64,000 nt of DNA from Auanema rhodensis. Taxonomy: Eukaryota; Animalia; Nematoda. The position numbers and the translations under genes are program-made. Below, one piece after another: positions 24,801 through 39,800 of the stretch. Numbering within the stretch: position 1 is the first letter of the stretch; each line of letters begins with the position of its first letter. Where the stretch lies: NCBI GenBank assembly GCA_964057225.1, contig OZ059895.1, forward strand, positions 4,836,001 through 4,900,000. Direction: 5' to 3'. The notes under the pieces are model-generated. The model ran no database searches, was not told the DNA's origin, and saw nothing but the letters and a program-made list of their open reading frames with translations.

Positions 24801-27800
24801 AGGTTATAAGTGTGAACTTATATCAGTTGATATCTCGGTGCATTTTCAAGCTAGCGCAAATCTGATAACACAGATCGATGCAGCTTAAAAATCCGCATCG
24901 AATGCACTATACTTCATTGAGAAACGCTTAATACAAAAATTAGTTATGATCGTTTGAAAAATGATGCATTAGTGTATGTTGAGTTTCCATGTACACTAAA
25001 CATTGCTTCCAAAAACATTTTGACAAAAATTTTTTCGAAAAATTTCAAAATAATTTAGCAAAAAGTAGATGTTTTTAGATTCTTTTTTTCAAGGCAAAGA
25101 CGATGGACAATGTTATTCAACGAAAAAATTAATTCTTCAGGGTGAAAATCGAGGATATAAGTGTGAACATATATCAGTTGATATCTCGGTGCATTTTCAA
25201 GCTAGCGCAAATCTGATAACACAGATCGACGCAGCTTAAAAATCCGCATCGAATGCACTATACTACATTGAGAAACGCTTAATACAAAAATTAGTTATGA
25301 TCGTTTGAAAAATGATGCATTAGTGTATGTTGAGTTTCCATGTACACTCAACATTGCTTCCAAAAACATTTTGACAAAAATTTTTTCGAAAAATTTAGAA
25401 ATAATTTAGCAAAAAGTAGATGTTTTTAGATTCTTTTTTTCAAGGCAAAGACGATGGACAATGTTATTCAACGAAAAAATTAATTCTTCAGGGTGAAAAT
25501 CGAGGTTATAAGTGTGAACTTATATCAGTTGATATCTCGGTGCATTTTCAAGCTAGCGCAAATCTGATAACACAGATCGACGCAGCTTAAAAATCCGCAT
25601 CGAATGCACTATACTTCTTTGAGAAACGCTTAATACAAAAATTAGTTATGATCGTTTGAAAAATGATGCATTAGTGTATGTTGAGTTTCCATGTACACTC
25701 AACATTGCTTCCAAAAACATTTTGACAAAAATTTTTTCGAAAAATTTAGAAATAATTTAGCAAAAAGTAGATGTTTTTAGATTCTTTTTTTCAAGGCAAA
25801 GACGATGGACAATGTTATTCAACGAAAAAATTAATTCTTCAGGGTGAAAATCGAGGTTATAAGTGTGAACTTATATCAGTTGATATCTCGGTGCATTTTC
25901 AAGCTAGCGCAAATCTGATAACACAGATCGATGCAGCTTAAAAATCCGCATCGAATGCACTATACTTCATTGAGAAACGCTTAATACAAAAATTAGTTAT
26001 GATCGTTTGAAAAATGATGCATTAGTGTATGTTGAGTTTCCATGTACACTAAACATTGCTTCCAAAAACATTTTGACAAAAATTTTTTCGAAAAATTTCA
26101 AAATAATTTAGCAAAAAGTAGATGTTTTTAGATTCTTTTTTTCAAGGCAAAGACGATGGACAATGTTATTCAACGAAAAAATTAATTCTTCAGGGTGAAA
26201 ATCGAGGATATAAGTGTGAACATATATCAGTTGATATCTCGGTGCATTTTCAAGCTAGCGCAAATCTGATAACACAGATCGACGCAGCTTAAAAATCCGC
26301 ATCGAATGCACTATACTACATTGAGAAACGCTTAATACAAAAATTAGTTATGATCGTTTGAAAAATGATGCATTAGTGTATGTTGAGTTTCCATGTACAC
26401 TCAACATTGCTTCCAAAAACATTTTGACAAAAATTTTTTCGAAAAATTTCAAAATAATTTAGCAAAAAGTAGATGTTTTTAGATTCCTTTTCTCAAGGCA
26501 AAGACGATGGACAATGTTATTCAACGAAAAAATTAATTCTTCAGGGTGAAAATCGAGGATATAAGTGTGAACTTATATCAGTTGATATCTCGGTGCATTT
26601 TCAAGCTAGCGCAAATCTGATAACACAGATCGACGCAGCTTAAAAATCCGCATCGAATGCACTATACTACATTGAAAAACGCTTAATACAAAAATTAGTT
26701 ATGATCGTTCGAAAAATGATGCATTAGTGTATGTTGAGTTTCCATGTACACTCAACATTGCTTCCAAAAACATTTTGACAAAAATTTTTTCGAAAAATTT
26801 CAAAATAATTTAGCAAAAAGTAGATGTTTTTAGATTCCTTTTCTCAAGGCAAAGACGATGGACAATGTTATTCAACGAAAAAATTAATTCTTCAGGGTGA
26901 AAATCGAGGATATAAGTGTGAACATATATCAGTTGATATCTCGGTGCATTTTCAAGCTAGCGCAAATCTGATAACACAGATCGACGCAGCTTAAAAATCC
27001 GCATCGAATGCACTATACTACATTGAGAAACGCTTAATACAAAAATTAGTTATGATCGTTTGAAAAATGATGCATTAGTGTATGTTGAGTTTCCATGTAC
27101 ACTCAACATTGCTTCCAAAAACATTTTGACAAAAATTTTTTCGAAAAATTTCAAAATAATTTAGCAAAAAGTAGATGTTTTTAGATTCCTTTTCTCAAGG
27201 CAAAGACGATGGACAATGTTATTCAACGAAAAAATTAATTCTTCAGGGTGAAAATCGAGGATATAAGTGTGAACTTATATCAGTTGATATCTCGGTGCAT
27301 TTTCAAGCTAGCGCAAATCTGATAACACAGATCGATGCAGCTTAAAAATCCGCATCGAATGCACTATACTTCATTGAGAAACGCTTAATACAAAAATTAG
27401 TTATGATCGTTTGAAAAATGATGCATTAGTGTATGTTGAGTTTCCATGTACACTAAACATTGCTTCCAAAAACATTTTGACAAAAATTTTTTCGAAAAAT
27501 TTCAAAATAATTTAGCAAAAAGTAGATGTTTTTAGATTCTTTTTTTCAAGGCAAAGACGATGGACAATGTTATTCAACGAAAAAATTAATTCTTCAGGGT
27601 GAAAATCGAGGATATAAGTGTGAACATATATCAGTTGATATCTCGGTGCATTTTCAAGCTAGCGCAAATCTGATAACACAGATCGACGCAGCTTAAAAAT
27701 CCGCATCGAATGCACTATACTACATTGAGAAACGCTTAATACAAAAATTAGTTATGATCGTTTGAAAAATGATGCATTAGTGTATGTTGAGTTTCCATGT

Positions 27801-30800
27801 ACACTCAACATTGCTTCCAAAAACATTTTGACAAAAATTTTTTCGAAAAATTTCAAAATAATTTAGCAAAAAGTAGATGTTTTTAGATTCCTTTTCTCAA
27901 GGCAAAGACGATGGACAATGTTATTCAACGAAAAAATTAATTCTTCAGGGTGAAAATCGAGGATATAAGTGTGAACTTATATCAGTTGATATCTCGGTGC
28001 ATTTTCAAGCTAGCGCAAATCTGATAACACAGATCGACGCAGCTTAAAAATCCGCATCGAATGCACTATACTACATTGAAAAACGCTTAATACAAAAATT
28101 AGTTATGATCGTTCGAAAAATGATGCATTAGTGTATGTTGAGTTTCCATGTACACTCAACATTGCTTCCAAAAACATTTTGACAAAAATTTTTTCGAAAA
28201 ATTTCAAAATAATTTAGCAAAAAGTAGATGTTTTTAGATTCCTTTTCTCAAGGCAAAGACGATGGACAATGTTATTCAACGAAAAAATTAATTCTTCAGG
28301 GTGAAAATCGAGGATATAAGTGTGAACATATATCAGTTGATATCTCGGTGCATTTTCAAGCTAGCGCAAATCTGATAACACAGATCGACGCAGCTTAAAA
28401 ATCCGCATCGAATGCACTATACTACATTGAGAAACGCTTAATACAAAAATTAGTTATGATCGTTTGAAAAATGATGCATTAGTGTATGTTGAGTTTCCAT
28501 GTACACTCAACATTGCTTCCAAAAACATTTTGACAAAAATTTTTTCGAAAAATTTCAAAATAATTTAGCAAAAAGTAGATGTTTTTAGATTCCTTTTCTC
28601 AAGGCAAAGACGATGGACAATGTTATTCAACGAAAAAATTAATTCTTCAGGGTGAAAATCGAGGATATAAGTGTGAACTTATATCAGTTGATATCTCGGT
28701 GCATTTTCAAGCTAGCGCAAATCTGATAACACAGATCGACGCAGCTTAAAAATCCGCATCGAATGCACTATACTACATTGAAAAACGCTTAATACAAAAA
28801 TTAGTTATGATCGTTCGAAAAATGATGCAATAGTGTATGTTGAGTTTCCATGTACACTCAACATTGCTTCCAAAAACATTTTGACAAAAATTTTTTCGAA
28901 AAATTTCAAAATAATTTAGCAAAAAGTAGATGTTTTTAGATTTCTTTTTTCAAGGCAAAGACAATGGACAATGTTATTCAACGAAAAAATTAATTCTTCA
29001 GGGTGAAAATCGAGGATATAAGTGTGAACATATATCAGTTGATATCTCGGTGCATGTTCAAGCTAGCGCAAATCTGATAACACAGATCGACGCAGCTTAA
29101 AAATCCGCATCGAATGCACTATACTTCATTGAGAAACGCTTAATACAAGAATTAGTTATGATCGTTTGAAAAATGATGCATTAGTGTATGTTGAGTTTCC
29201 ATGTACACTCAACATTGCTTCCAAAAACATTTTGACAAAAATGTTTTCGAAAAATTTCAAAATAATTTAGCAAAAAGTAGATGTTTTTAGATTTCTTTTT
29301 TCAAGGCAAAGACGATGGACAATGTTATTCAACGAAAAAATTAATTCTTCAGGGTGAAAATCGAGGATATAAGTGTGAACATATATCAGTTGATATCTCG
29401 GTGCATTTTCAAGCTAGCGCAAATCTGATAACACAGATCGACGCAGCTTAAAAATCCGCATCGAATGCACTATACTACATTGAAAAACGCTTAATACAAA
29501 AATTAGTTATGATCGTTCGAAAAATGATGCATTAGTGTATGTTGAGTTTCCATGTACACTCAACATTGCTTCCAAAAACATTTTGACAAAAATTTTTTCG
29601 AAAAATTTCAAAATAATTTAGCAAAAAGTAGATGTTTTTAGATTTCTTTTTTCAAGGCAAAGACGATGGACAATGTTATTCAACGAAAAAATTAATTCTT
29701 CAGGGTGAAAATCGAGGATATAAGTGTGAACATATATCAGTTGATATCTCGGTGCATTTTCAAGCTAGCGCAAATCTGATAACACAGATCGACGCAGCTT
29801 AAAAATCCGCATCGAATGCACTATACTACATTGAGAAACGCTTAATACAAAAATTAGTTATGATCGTTTGAAAAATGATGCATTAGTGTATGTTGAGTTT
29901 CCATGTACACTCAACATTGCTTCCAAAAACATTTTGACAAAAATTTTTTCGAAAAATTTCAAAATAATTTAGCAAAAAGTAGATGTTTTTAGATTCCTTT
30001 TCTCAAGGCAAAGACGATGGACAATGTTATTCAACGAAAAAATTAATTCTTCAGGGTGAAAATCGAGGATATAAGTGTGAACTTATATCAGTTGATATCT
30101 CGGTGCATTTTCAAGCTAGCGCAAATCTGATAACACAGATCGACGCAGCTTAAAAATCCGCATCGAATGCACTATACTACATTGAAAAACGCTTAATACA
30201 AAAATTAGTTATGATCGTTCGAAAAATGATGCATTAGTGTATGTTGAGTTTCCATGTACACTCAACATTGCTTCCAAAAACATTTTGACAAAAATTTTTT
30301 CGAAAAATTTCAAAATAATTTAGCAAAAAGTAGATGTTTTTAGATTCCTTTTCTCAAGGCAAAGACGATGGACAATGTTATTCAACGAAAAAATTAATTC
30401 TTCAGGGTGAAAATCGAGGATATAAGTGTGAACATATATCAGTTGATATCTCGGTGCATTTTCAAGCTAGCGCAAATCTGATAACACAGATCGACGCAGC
30501 TTAAAAATCCGCATCGAATGCACTATACTACATTGAGAAACGCTTAATACAAAAATTAGTTATGATCGTTTGAAAAATGATGCATTAGTGTATGTTGAGT
30601 TTCCATGTACACTCAACATTGCTTCCAAAAACATTTTGACAAAAATTTTTTCGAAAAATTTCAAAATAATTTAGCAAAAAGTAGATGTTTTTAGATTCCT
30701 TTTCTCAAGGCAAAGACGATGGACAATGTTATTCAACGAAAAAATTAATTCTTCAGGGTGAAAATCGAGGATATAAGTGTGAACTTATATCAGTTGATAT

Positions 30801-33800
30801 CTCGGTGCATTTTCAAGCTAGCGCAAATCTGATAACACAGATCGACGCAGCTTAAAAATCCGCATCGAATGCACTATACTACATTGAAAAACGCTTAATA
30901 CAAAAATTAGTTATGATCGTTCGAAAAATGATGCAATAGTGTATGTTGAGTTTCCATGTACACTCAACATTGCTTCCAAAAACATTTTGACAAAAATTTT
31001 TTCGAAAAATTTCAAAATAATTTAGCAAAAAGTAGATGTTTTTAGATTTCTTTTTTCAAGGCAAAGACAATGGACAATGTTATTCAACGAAAAAATTAAT
31101 TCTTCAGGGTGAAAATCGAGGATATAAGTGTGAACATATATCAGTTGATATCTCGGTGCATGTTCAAGCTAGCGCAAATCTGATAACACAGATCGACGCA
31201 GCTTAAAAATCCGCATCGAATGCACTATACTTCATTGAGAAACGCTTAATACAAGAATTAGTTATGATCGTTTGAAAAATGATGCATTAGTGTATGTTGA
31301 GTTTCCATGTACACTCAACATTGCTTCCAAAAACATTTTGACAAAAATGTTTTCGAAAAATTTCAAAATAATTTAGCAAAAAGTAGATGTTTTTAGATTT
31401 CTTTTTTCAAGGCAAAGACGATGGACAATGTTATTCAACGAAAAAATTAATTCTTCAGGGTGAAAATCGAGGATATAAGTGTGAACATATATCAGTTGAT
31501 ATCTCGGTGCATTTTCAAGCTAGCGCAAATCTGATAACACAGATCGACGCAGCTTAAAAATCCGCATCGAATGCACTATACTACATTGAAAAACGCTTAA
31601 TACAAAAATTAGTTATGATCGTTCGAAAAATGATGCATTAGTGTATGTTGAGTTTCCATGTACACTCAACATTGCTTCCAAAAACATTTTGACAAAAATT
31701 TTTTCGAAAAATTTCAAAATAATTTAGCAAAAAGTAGATGTTTTTAGATTTCTTTTTTCAAGGCAAAGACGATGGACAATGTTATTCAACGAAAAAATTA
31801 ATTCTTCAGGGTGAAAATCGAGGATATAAGTGTGAACATATATCAGTTGATATCTCGGTGCATTTTCAAGCTAGCGCAAATCTGATAACACAGATCGACG
31901 CAGCTTAAAAATCCGCATCGAATGCACTATACTACATTGAAAAACGCTTAATACAAAAATTAGTTATGATCGTTCGAAAAATGATGCATTAGTGTATGTT
32001 GAGTTTCCATGTACACTCAACATTGCTTCCAAAAACATTTTGACAAAAATTTTTTCGAAAAATTTCAAAATAATTTAGCAAAAAGTAGATGTTTTTAGAT
32101 TTCTTTTTTCAAGGCAAAGACGATGGACAATGTTATTCAACGAAAAAATTAATTCTTCAGGGTGAAAATCGAGGTTATAAGTGTGAACATATATCAGTTG
32201 ATATCTCGGTGCATTTTCAAGCTAGCGCAAATCTGATAACACAGATCGACGCAGCTTAAAAATCCGCATCGAATGCACTATACTTCATTGAGAAACGCTT
32301 AATACAAAAATTAGTTATGATCGTTTGAAAAATGATGCATTAGTGTATGTTGAGTTTCCATGTACACTCAACATTGCTTCCAAAAACATTTTGACAAAAA
32401 TGTTTTCGAAAAATTTCAAAATAATTTAGCAAAAAGTAGATGTTTTTAGATTTCTTTTTTCAAGGCAAAGACGATGGACAATGTTATTCAACGAAAAAAT
32501 TAATTCTTCAGGGTGAAAATCGAGGATATAAGTGTGAACATATATCAGTTGATATCTCGGTGCATTTTCAAGCTAGCGCAAATCTGATAACACAGATCGA
32601 CGCAGCTTAAAAATCCGCATCGAATGCACTATACTACATTGAAAAACGCTTAATACAAAAATTAGTTATGATCGTTCGAAAAATGATGCATTAGTGTATG
32701 TTGAGTTTCCATGTACACTCAACATTGCTTCCAAAAACATTTTGACAAAAATTTTTTCGAAAAATTTCAAAATAATTTAGCAAAAAGTAGATGTTTTTAG
32801 ATTCCTTTTCTCAAGGCAAAGACGATGGACAATGTTATTCAACGAAAAAATTAATTCTTCAGGGTGAAAATCGAGGATATAAGTGTGAACTTATATCAGT
32901 TGATATCTCGGTGCATTTTCAAGCTAGCGCAAATCTGATAACACAGATCGACGCAGCTTAAAAATCCGCATCGAATGCACTATACTACATTGAAAAACGC
33001 TTAATACAAAAATTAGTTATGATCGTTCGAAAAATGATGCATTAGTGTATGTTGAGTTTCCATGTACACTCAACATTGCTTCCAAAAACATTTTGACAAA
33101 AATTTTTTCGAAAAATTTCAAAATAATTTAGCAAAAAGTAGATGTTTTTAGATTCCTTTTCTCAAGGCAAAGACGATGGACAATGTTATTCAACGAAAAA
33201 ATTAATTCTTCAGGGTGAAAATCGAGGATATAAGTGTGAACTTATATCAGTTGATATCTCGGTGCATTTTCAAGCTAGCGCAAATCTGATAACACAGATC
33301 GACGCAGCTTAAAAATCCGCATCGAATGCACTATACTACATTGAAAAACGCTTAATACAAAAATTAGTTATGATCGTTCGAAAAATGATGCATTAGTGTA
33401 TGTTGAGTTTCCATGTACACTCAACATTGCTTCCAAAAACATTTTGACAAAAATTTTTTCGAAAAATTTCAAAATAATTTAGCAAAAAGTAGATGTTTTT
33501 AGATTCCTTTTCTCAAGGCAAAGACGATGGACAATGTTATTCAACGAAAAAATTAATTCTTCAGGGTGAAAATCGAGGATATAAGTGTGAACTTATATCA
33601 GTTGATATCTCGGTGCATTTTTAAGCTAGCGCAAATCTGATAACACAGATCGACGCAGCTTAAAAATCCGCATCGAATGCACTATACTACATTGAAAAAC
33701 GCTTAATACAAAAATTAGTTATGATCGTTTGAAAAATGATGCATTAGTGTATGTTGAGTTTCCATGTACACTCAACATTGCTTCCAAAAACATTTTGACA

Positions 33801-36800
33801 AAAATGTTTTCGAAAAATTTCAAAATAATTTAGCAAAAAGTAGATGTTTTTAGATTCCTTTTCTCAAGGCAAAGACGATGGACAATGTTATTCAACGAAA
33901 AAATTAATTCTTCAGGGTGAAAATCGAGGATATAAGTGTGAACTTATATCAGTTGATATCTCGGTGCATTTTCAAGCTAGCGCAAATCTGATAACACAGA
34001 TCGACGCAGCTTAAAAATCCGCATCGAATGCACTATACTTCATTGAGAAACGCTTAATACAAAAATTAGTTATGATCGTTCGAAAAATGATGCATTAGTG
34101 TATGTTGAGTTTCCATGTACACTCAACATTGCTTCCAAAAACATTTTGACAAAAATTTTTTCGAAAAATTTCAAAATAATTTAGCAAAAAGTAGATGTTT
34201 TTAGATTCCTTTTCTCAAGGCAAAGACGATGGACAATGTTATTCAACGAAAAAATTAATTCTTCAGGGTGAAAATCGAGGATATAAGTGTGAACTTATAT
34301 CAGTTGATATCTCGGTGCATTTTTAAGCTAGCGCAAATCTGATAACACAGATCGACGCAGCTTAAAAATCCGCATTTAATGCACTATACTACATTGAAAA
34401 ACGCTTAATACAAAAATTAGTTATGATCGTTTGAAAAATGATGCATTAGTGTATGTTGAGTTTCCATGTACACTCAACATTGCTTCCAAAAACATTTTGA
34501 CAAAAATGTTTTCGAAAAATTTCAAAATAATTTAGCAAAAAGTAGATGTTTTTAGATTTCTTTTTTCAAGGCAAAGACGATGGACAATGTTATTCAACGA
34601 AAAAATTAATTCTTCAGGGTGAAAATCGAGGTTATAAGTGTGAACTTATATCAGTTGATATCTCGGTGCATTTTCAAGCTAGCGCAAATCTGATAACACA
34701 GATCGACGCAGCTTAAAAATCCGCATCGAATGCACTATACTACATTGAAAAACGCTTAATACAAAAATTAGTTATGATCGTTCGAAAAATGATGCATTAG
34801 TGTATGTTGAGTTTCCATGTACACTCAACATTGCTTCCAAAAACATTTTGACAAAAATTTTTTCGAAAAATTTCAAAATAATTTAGCAAAAAGTAGATGT
34901 TTTTAGATTCCTTTTCTCAAGGCAAAGACGATGGACAATGTTATTCAACGAAAAAATTAATTCTTCAGGGTGAAAATCGAGGATATAAGTGTGAACTTAT
35001 ATCAGTTGATATCTCGGTGCATTTTCAAGCTAGCGCAAATCTGATAACACAGATCGACGCAGCTTAAAAATCCGCATCGAATGCACTATACTTCATTGAG
35101 AAACGCTTAATACAAAAATTAGTTATGATCGTTTGAAAAATGATGCATTAGTGTATGTTGAGTTTCCATGTACACTCAACATTGCTTCCAAAAACATTTT
35201 GACAAAAATTTTTTCGAAAAATTTCAAAATAATTTAGCAAAAAGTAGATGTTTTTAGATTTCTTTTTTCAAGGCAAAGACGATGGACAATGTTATTCAAC
35301 GAAAAAATTAATTCTTCAGGGTGAAAATCGAGGTTATAAGTGTGAACTTATATCAGTTGATATCTCGGTGCATTTTCAAGCTAGCGCAAATCTGATAACA
35401 CAGATCGACGCAGCTTAAAAATCCGCATCGAATGCACTATACTACATTGAAAAACGCTTAATACAAAAATTAGTTATGATCGTTCGAAAAATGATGCATT
35501 AGTGTATGTTGAGTTTCCATGTACACTCAACATTGCTTCCAAAAACATTTTGACAAAAATTTTTTCGAAAAATTTCAAAATAATTTAGCAAAAAGTAGAT
35601 GTTTTTAGATTCCTTTTCTCAAGGCAAAGACGATGGACAATGTTATTCAACGAAAAAATTAATTCTTCAGGGTGAAAATCGAGGATATAAGTGTGAACTT
35701 ATATCAGTTGATATCTCGGTGCATTTTTAAGCTAGCGCAAATCTGATAACACAGATCGACGCAGCTTAAAAATCCGCATTTAATGCACTATACTACATTG
35801 AAAAACGCTTAATACAAAAATTAGTTATGATCGTTTGAAAAATGATGCATTAGTGTATGTTGAGTTTCCATGTACACTCAACATTGCTTCCAAAAACATT
35901 TTGACAAAAATGTTTTCGAAAAATTTCAAAATAATTTAGCAAAAAGTAGATGTTTTTAGATTTCTTTTTTCAAGGCAAAGACGATGGACAATGTTATTCA
36001 ACGAAAAAATTAATTCTTCAGGGTGAAAATCGAGGTTATAAGTGTGAACTTATATCAGTTGATATCTCGGTGCATTTTCAAGCTAGCGCAAATCTGATAA
36101 CACAGATCGACGCAGCTTAAAAATCCGCATCGAATGCACTATACTACATTGAAAAACGCTTAATACAAAAATTAGTTATGATCGTTCGAAAAATGATGCA
36201 TTAGTGTATGTTGAGTTTCCATGTACACTCAACATTGCTTCCAAAAACATTTTGACAAAAATGTTTTCGAAAAATTTCAAAATAATTTAGCAAAAAGTAG
36301 ATGTTTTTAGATTCCTTTTTTCAAGGCAAAGACGATGGACAATGTTATTCAACGAAAAAATTAATTCTTCAGGGTGAAAATCGAGGATATAAGTGTGAAC
36401 ATATATCAGTTGATATCTCGGTGCATTTTCAAGGTAGCGCAAATCTGATAACACAGATCGACGCAGCTTAAAAATCCGCATCGAATGCACTATACTTCAT
36501 TGAGAAACGCTTAATACAAAAATTAGTTATGATCGTTTGAAAAATGATGCATTAGTGTATGTTGAGTTTCCATGTACACTCAACATTGCTTCCAAAAACA
36601 TTTTGACAAAAATTTTTTCGAAAAATTTCAAAATAATTTAGCAAAAAGTAGATGTTTTTAGATTTCTTTTCTCAAGGCAAAGACGATGGACAATGTTATT
36701 CAACGAAAAAATTAATTCTTCAGGGTGAAAATCGAGGATATAAGTGTGAACTTATATCAGTTGATATCTCGGTGCATTTTCAAGCTAGCGCAAATCTGAT

Positions 36801-39800
36801 AACACAGATCGACGCAGCTTAAAAATCCGCATCGAATGCACTATACTACATTGAAAAACGCTTAATACAAAAATTAGTTATGATCGTTCGAAAAATGATG
36901 CATTAGTGTATGTTGAGTTTCCATGTACACTCAACATTGCTTCCAAAAACATTTTGACAAAATTTTTTCGAAAAATTTCAAAATAATTTAGCAAAAAGTA
37001 GATGTTTTTAGATTCCTTTTCTCAAGGCAAAGACGATGGACAATGTTATTCAACGAAAAAATTAATTCTTCAGGGTGAAAATCGAGGATATAAGTGTGAA
37101 CTTATATCAGTTGATATCTCGGTGCATTTTCAAGCTAGCGCAAATCTGATAACACAGATCGACGCAGCTTAAAAATCCGCATTTAATGCACTATACTACA
37201 TTGAAAAACGCTTAATACAAAAATTAGTTATGATCGTTCGAAAAATGATGCATTAGTGTATGTTGAGTTTCCATGTACACTCAACATTGCTTCCAAAAAC
37301 ATTTTGACAAAAATTTTTTCGAAAAATTTCAAAATAATTTAGCAAAAAGTAGATGTTTTTAGATTCTTTTTTTCAAGGCAAAGACGATGGACAATGTTAT
37401 TCAACGAAAAAATTAATTCTTCAGGGTGAAAATCGAGGATATAAGTGTGAACTTATATCAGTTGATATCTCGGTGCATTTTTAAGCTAGCGCAAATCTGA
37501 TAACACAGATCGACGCAGCTTAAAAATCCGCATCGAATGCACTATACTACATTGAAAAACGCTTAATACAAAAATTAGTTATGATCGTTTGAAAAATGAT
37601 GCATTAGTGTATGTTGAGTTTCCATGTACACTCAACATTGCTTCCAAAAACATTTTGACAAAAATTTTTTCGAAAAATTTCAAAATAATTTAGCAAAAAG
37701 TAGATGTTTTTAGATTCTTTTTTTCAAGGCAAAGACGATGGACAATGTTATTCAACGAAAAAATTAATTCTTCAGGGTGAAAATCGAGGATATAAGTGTG
37801 AACTTATATCAGTTGATATCTCGGTGCATTTTTAAGCTAGCGCAAATCTGATAACACAGATCGACGCAGCTTAAAAATCCGCATCGAATGCACTATACTT
37901 CATTGAGAAACGCTTAATACAAAAATTAGTTATGATCGTTTGAAAAATGATGCATTAGTGTATGTTGAGTTTCCATGTACACTCAACATTGCTTCCAAAA
38001 ACATTTTGACAAAAATTTTTTCGAAAAATTTCAAAATAATTTAGCAAAAAGTAGATGTTTTTAGATTCTTTTTTTCAAGGCAAAGACGATGGACAATGTT
38101 ATTCAACGAAAAAATTAATTCTTCAGGGTGAAAATCGAGGATATAAGTGTGAACTTATATCAGTTGATATCTCGGTGCATTTTTAAGCTAGCGCAAATCT
38201 GATAACACAGATCGACGCAGCTTAAAAATCCGCATCGAATGCACTATACTACATTGAGAAACGCTCAATACAAAAATTAGTTATGATCGTTTGAAAAATG
38301 ATGCATTAGTGTATGTTGAGTTTCCATGTACACTCAACATTGCTTTCAAAAACATTTTGACAAAAATTTTTTCGAAAAATTTCAAAATAATTTAGCAAAA
38401 AGTAGATGTTTTTAGATTCCTTTTCTCAAGGCAAAGACGATGGACAATGTTATTCAACGAAAAAATTAATTCTTCAGGGTGAAAATCGAGGATATAAGTG
38501 TGAACTTATATCAGTTGATATCTCGGTGCATTTTCAAGCTAGCGCAAATCTGATAACACAGATCGACGCAGCTTAAAAATCCGCATTTAATGCACTATAC
38601 TACATTGAAAAACGCTTAATACAAAAATTAGTTATGATCGTTCGAAAAATGATGCATTAGTGTATGTTGAGTTTCCATGTACACTCAACATTGCTTCCAA
38701 AAACATTTTGACAAAAATTTTTTCGAAAAATTTCAAAATAATTTAGCAAAAAGTAGATGTTTTTAGATTCTTTTTTTCAAGGCAAAGACGATGGACAATG
38801 TTATTCAACGAAAAAATTAATTCTTCAGGGTGAAAATCGAGGATATAAGTGTGAACTTATATCAGTTGATATCTCGGTGCATTTTCAAGCTAGCGCAAAT
38901 CTGATAACACAGATCGACGCAGCTTAAAAATCCGCATCGAATGCACTATACTTCATTGAGAAACGCTTAATACAAAAATTAGTTATGATCGTTTGAAAAA
39001 TGATGCATTAGTGTATGTTGAGTTTCCATGTACACTCAACATTGCTTCCAAAAACATTTTGACAAAAATTTTTTCGAAAAATTTCAAAATAATTTAGCAA
39101 AAAGTAGATGTTTTTAGATTCTTTTTTTCAAGGCAAAGACGATGGACAATGTTATTCAACGAAAAAATTAATTCTTCAGGGTGAAAATCGAGGATATAAG
39201 TGTGAACTTATATCAGTTGATATCTCGGTGCATTTTTAAGCTAGCGCAAATCTGATAACACAGATCGACGCAGCTTAAAAATCCGCATCGAATGCACTAT
39301 ACTACATTGAGAAACGCTCAATACAAAAATTAGTTATGATCGTTTGAAAAATGATGCATTAGTGTATGTTGAGTTTCCATGTACACTCAACATTGCTTTC
39401 AAAAACATTTTGACAAAAATTTTTTCGAAAAATTTCAAAATAATTTAGCAAAAAGTAGATGTTTTTAGATTCCTTTTCTCAAGGCAAAGACGATGGACAA
39501 TGTTATTCAACGAAAAAATTAATTCTTCAGGGTGAAAATCGAGGATATAAGTGTGAACTTATATCAGTTGATATCTCGGTGCATTTTCAAGCTAGCGCAA
39601 ATCTGATAACACAGATCGACGCAGCTTAAAAATCCGCATTTAATGCACTATACTACATTGAAAAACGCTTAATACAAAAATTAGTTATGATCGTTCGAAA
39701 AATGATGCATTAGTGTATGTTGAGTTTCCATGTACACTCAACATTGCTTCCAAAAACATTTTGACAAAAATTTTTTCGAAAAATTTCAAAATAATTTAGC

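Noticed and set aside
36287-36490. 67-aa minus-strand ORF in satellite
   Set aside because: Created by private SNPs in one monomer; no protein features.
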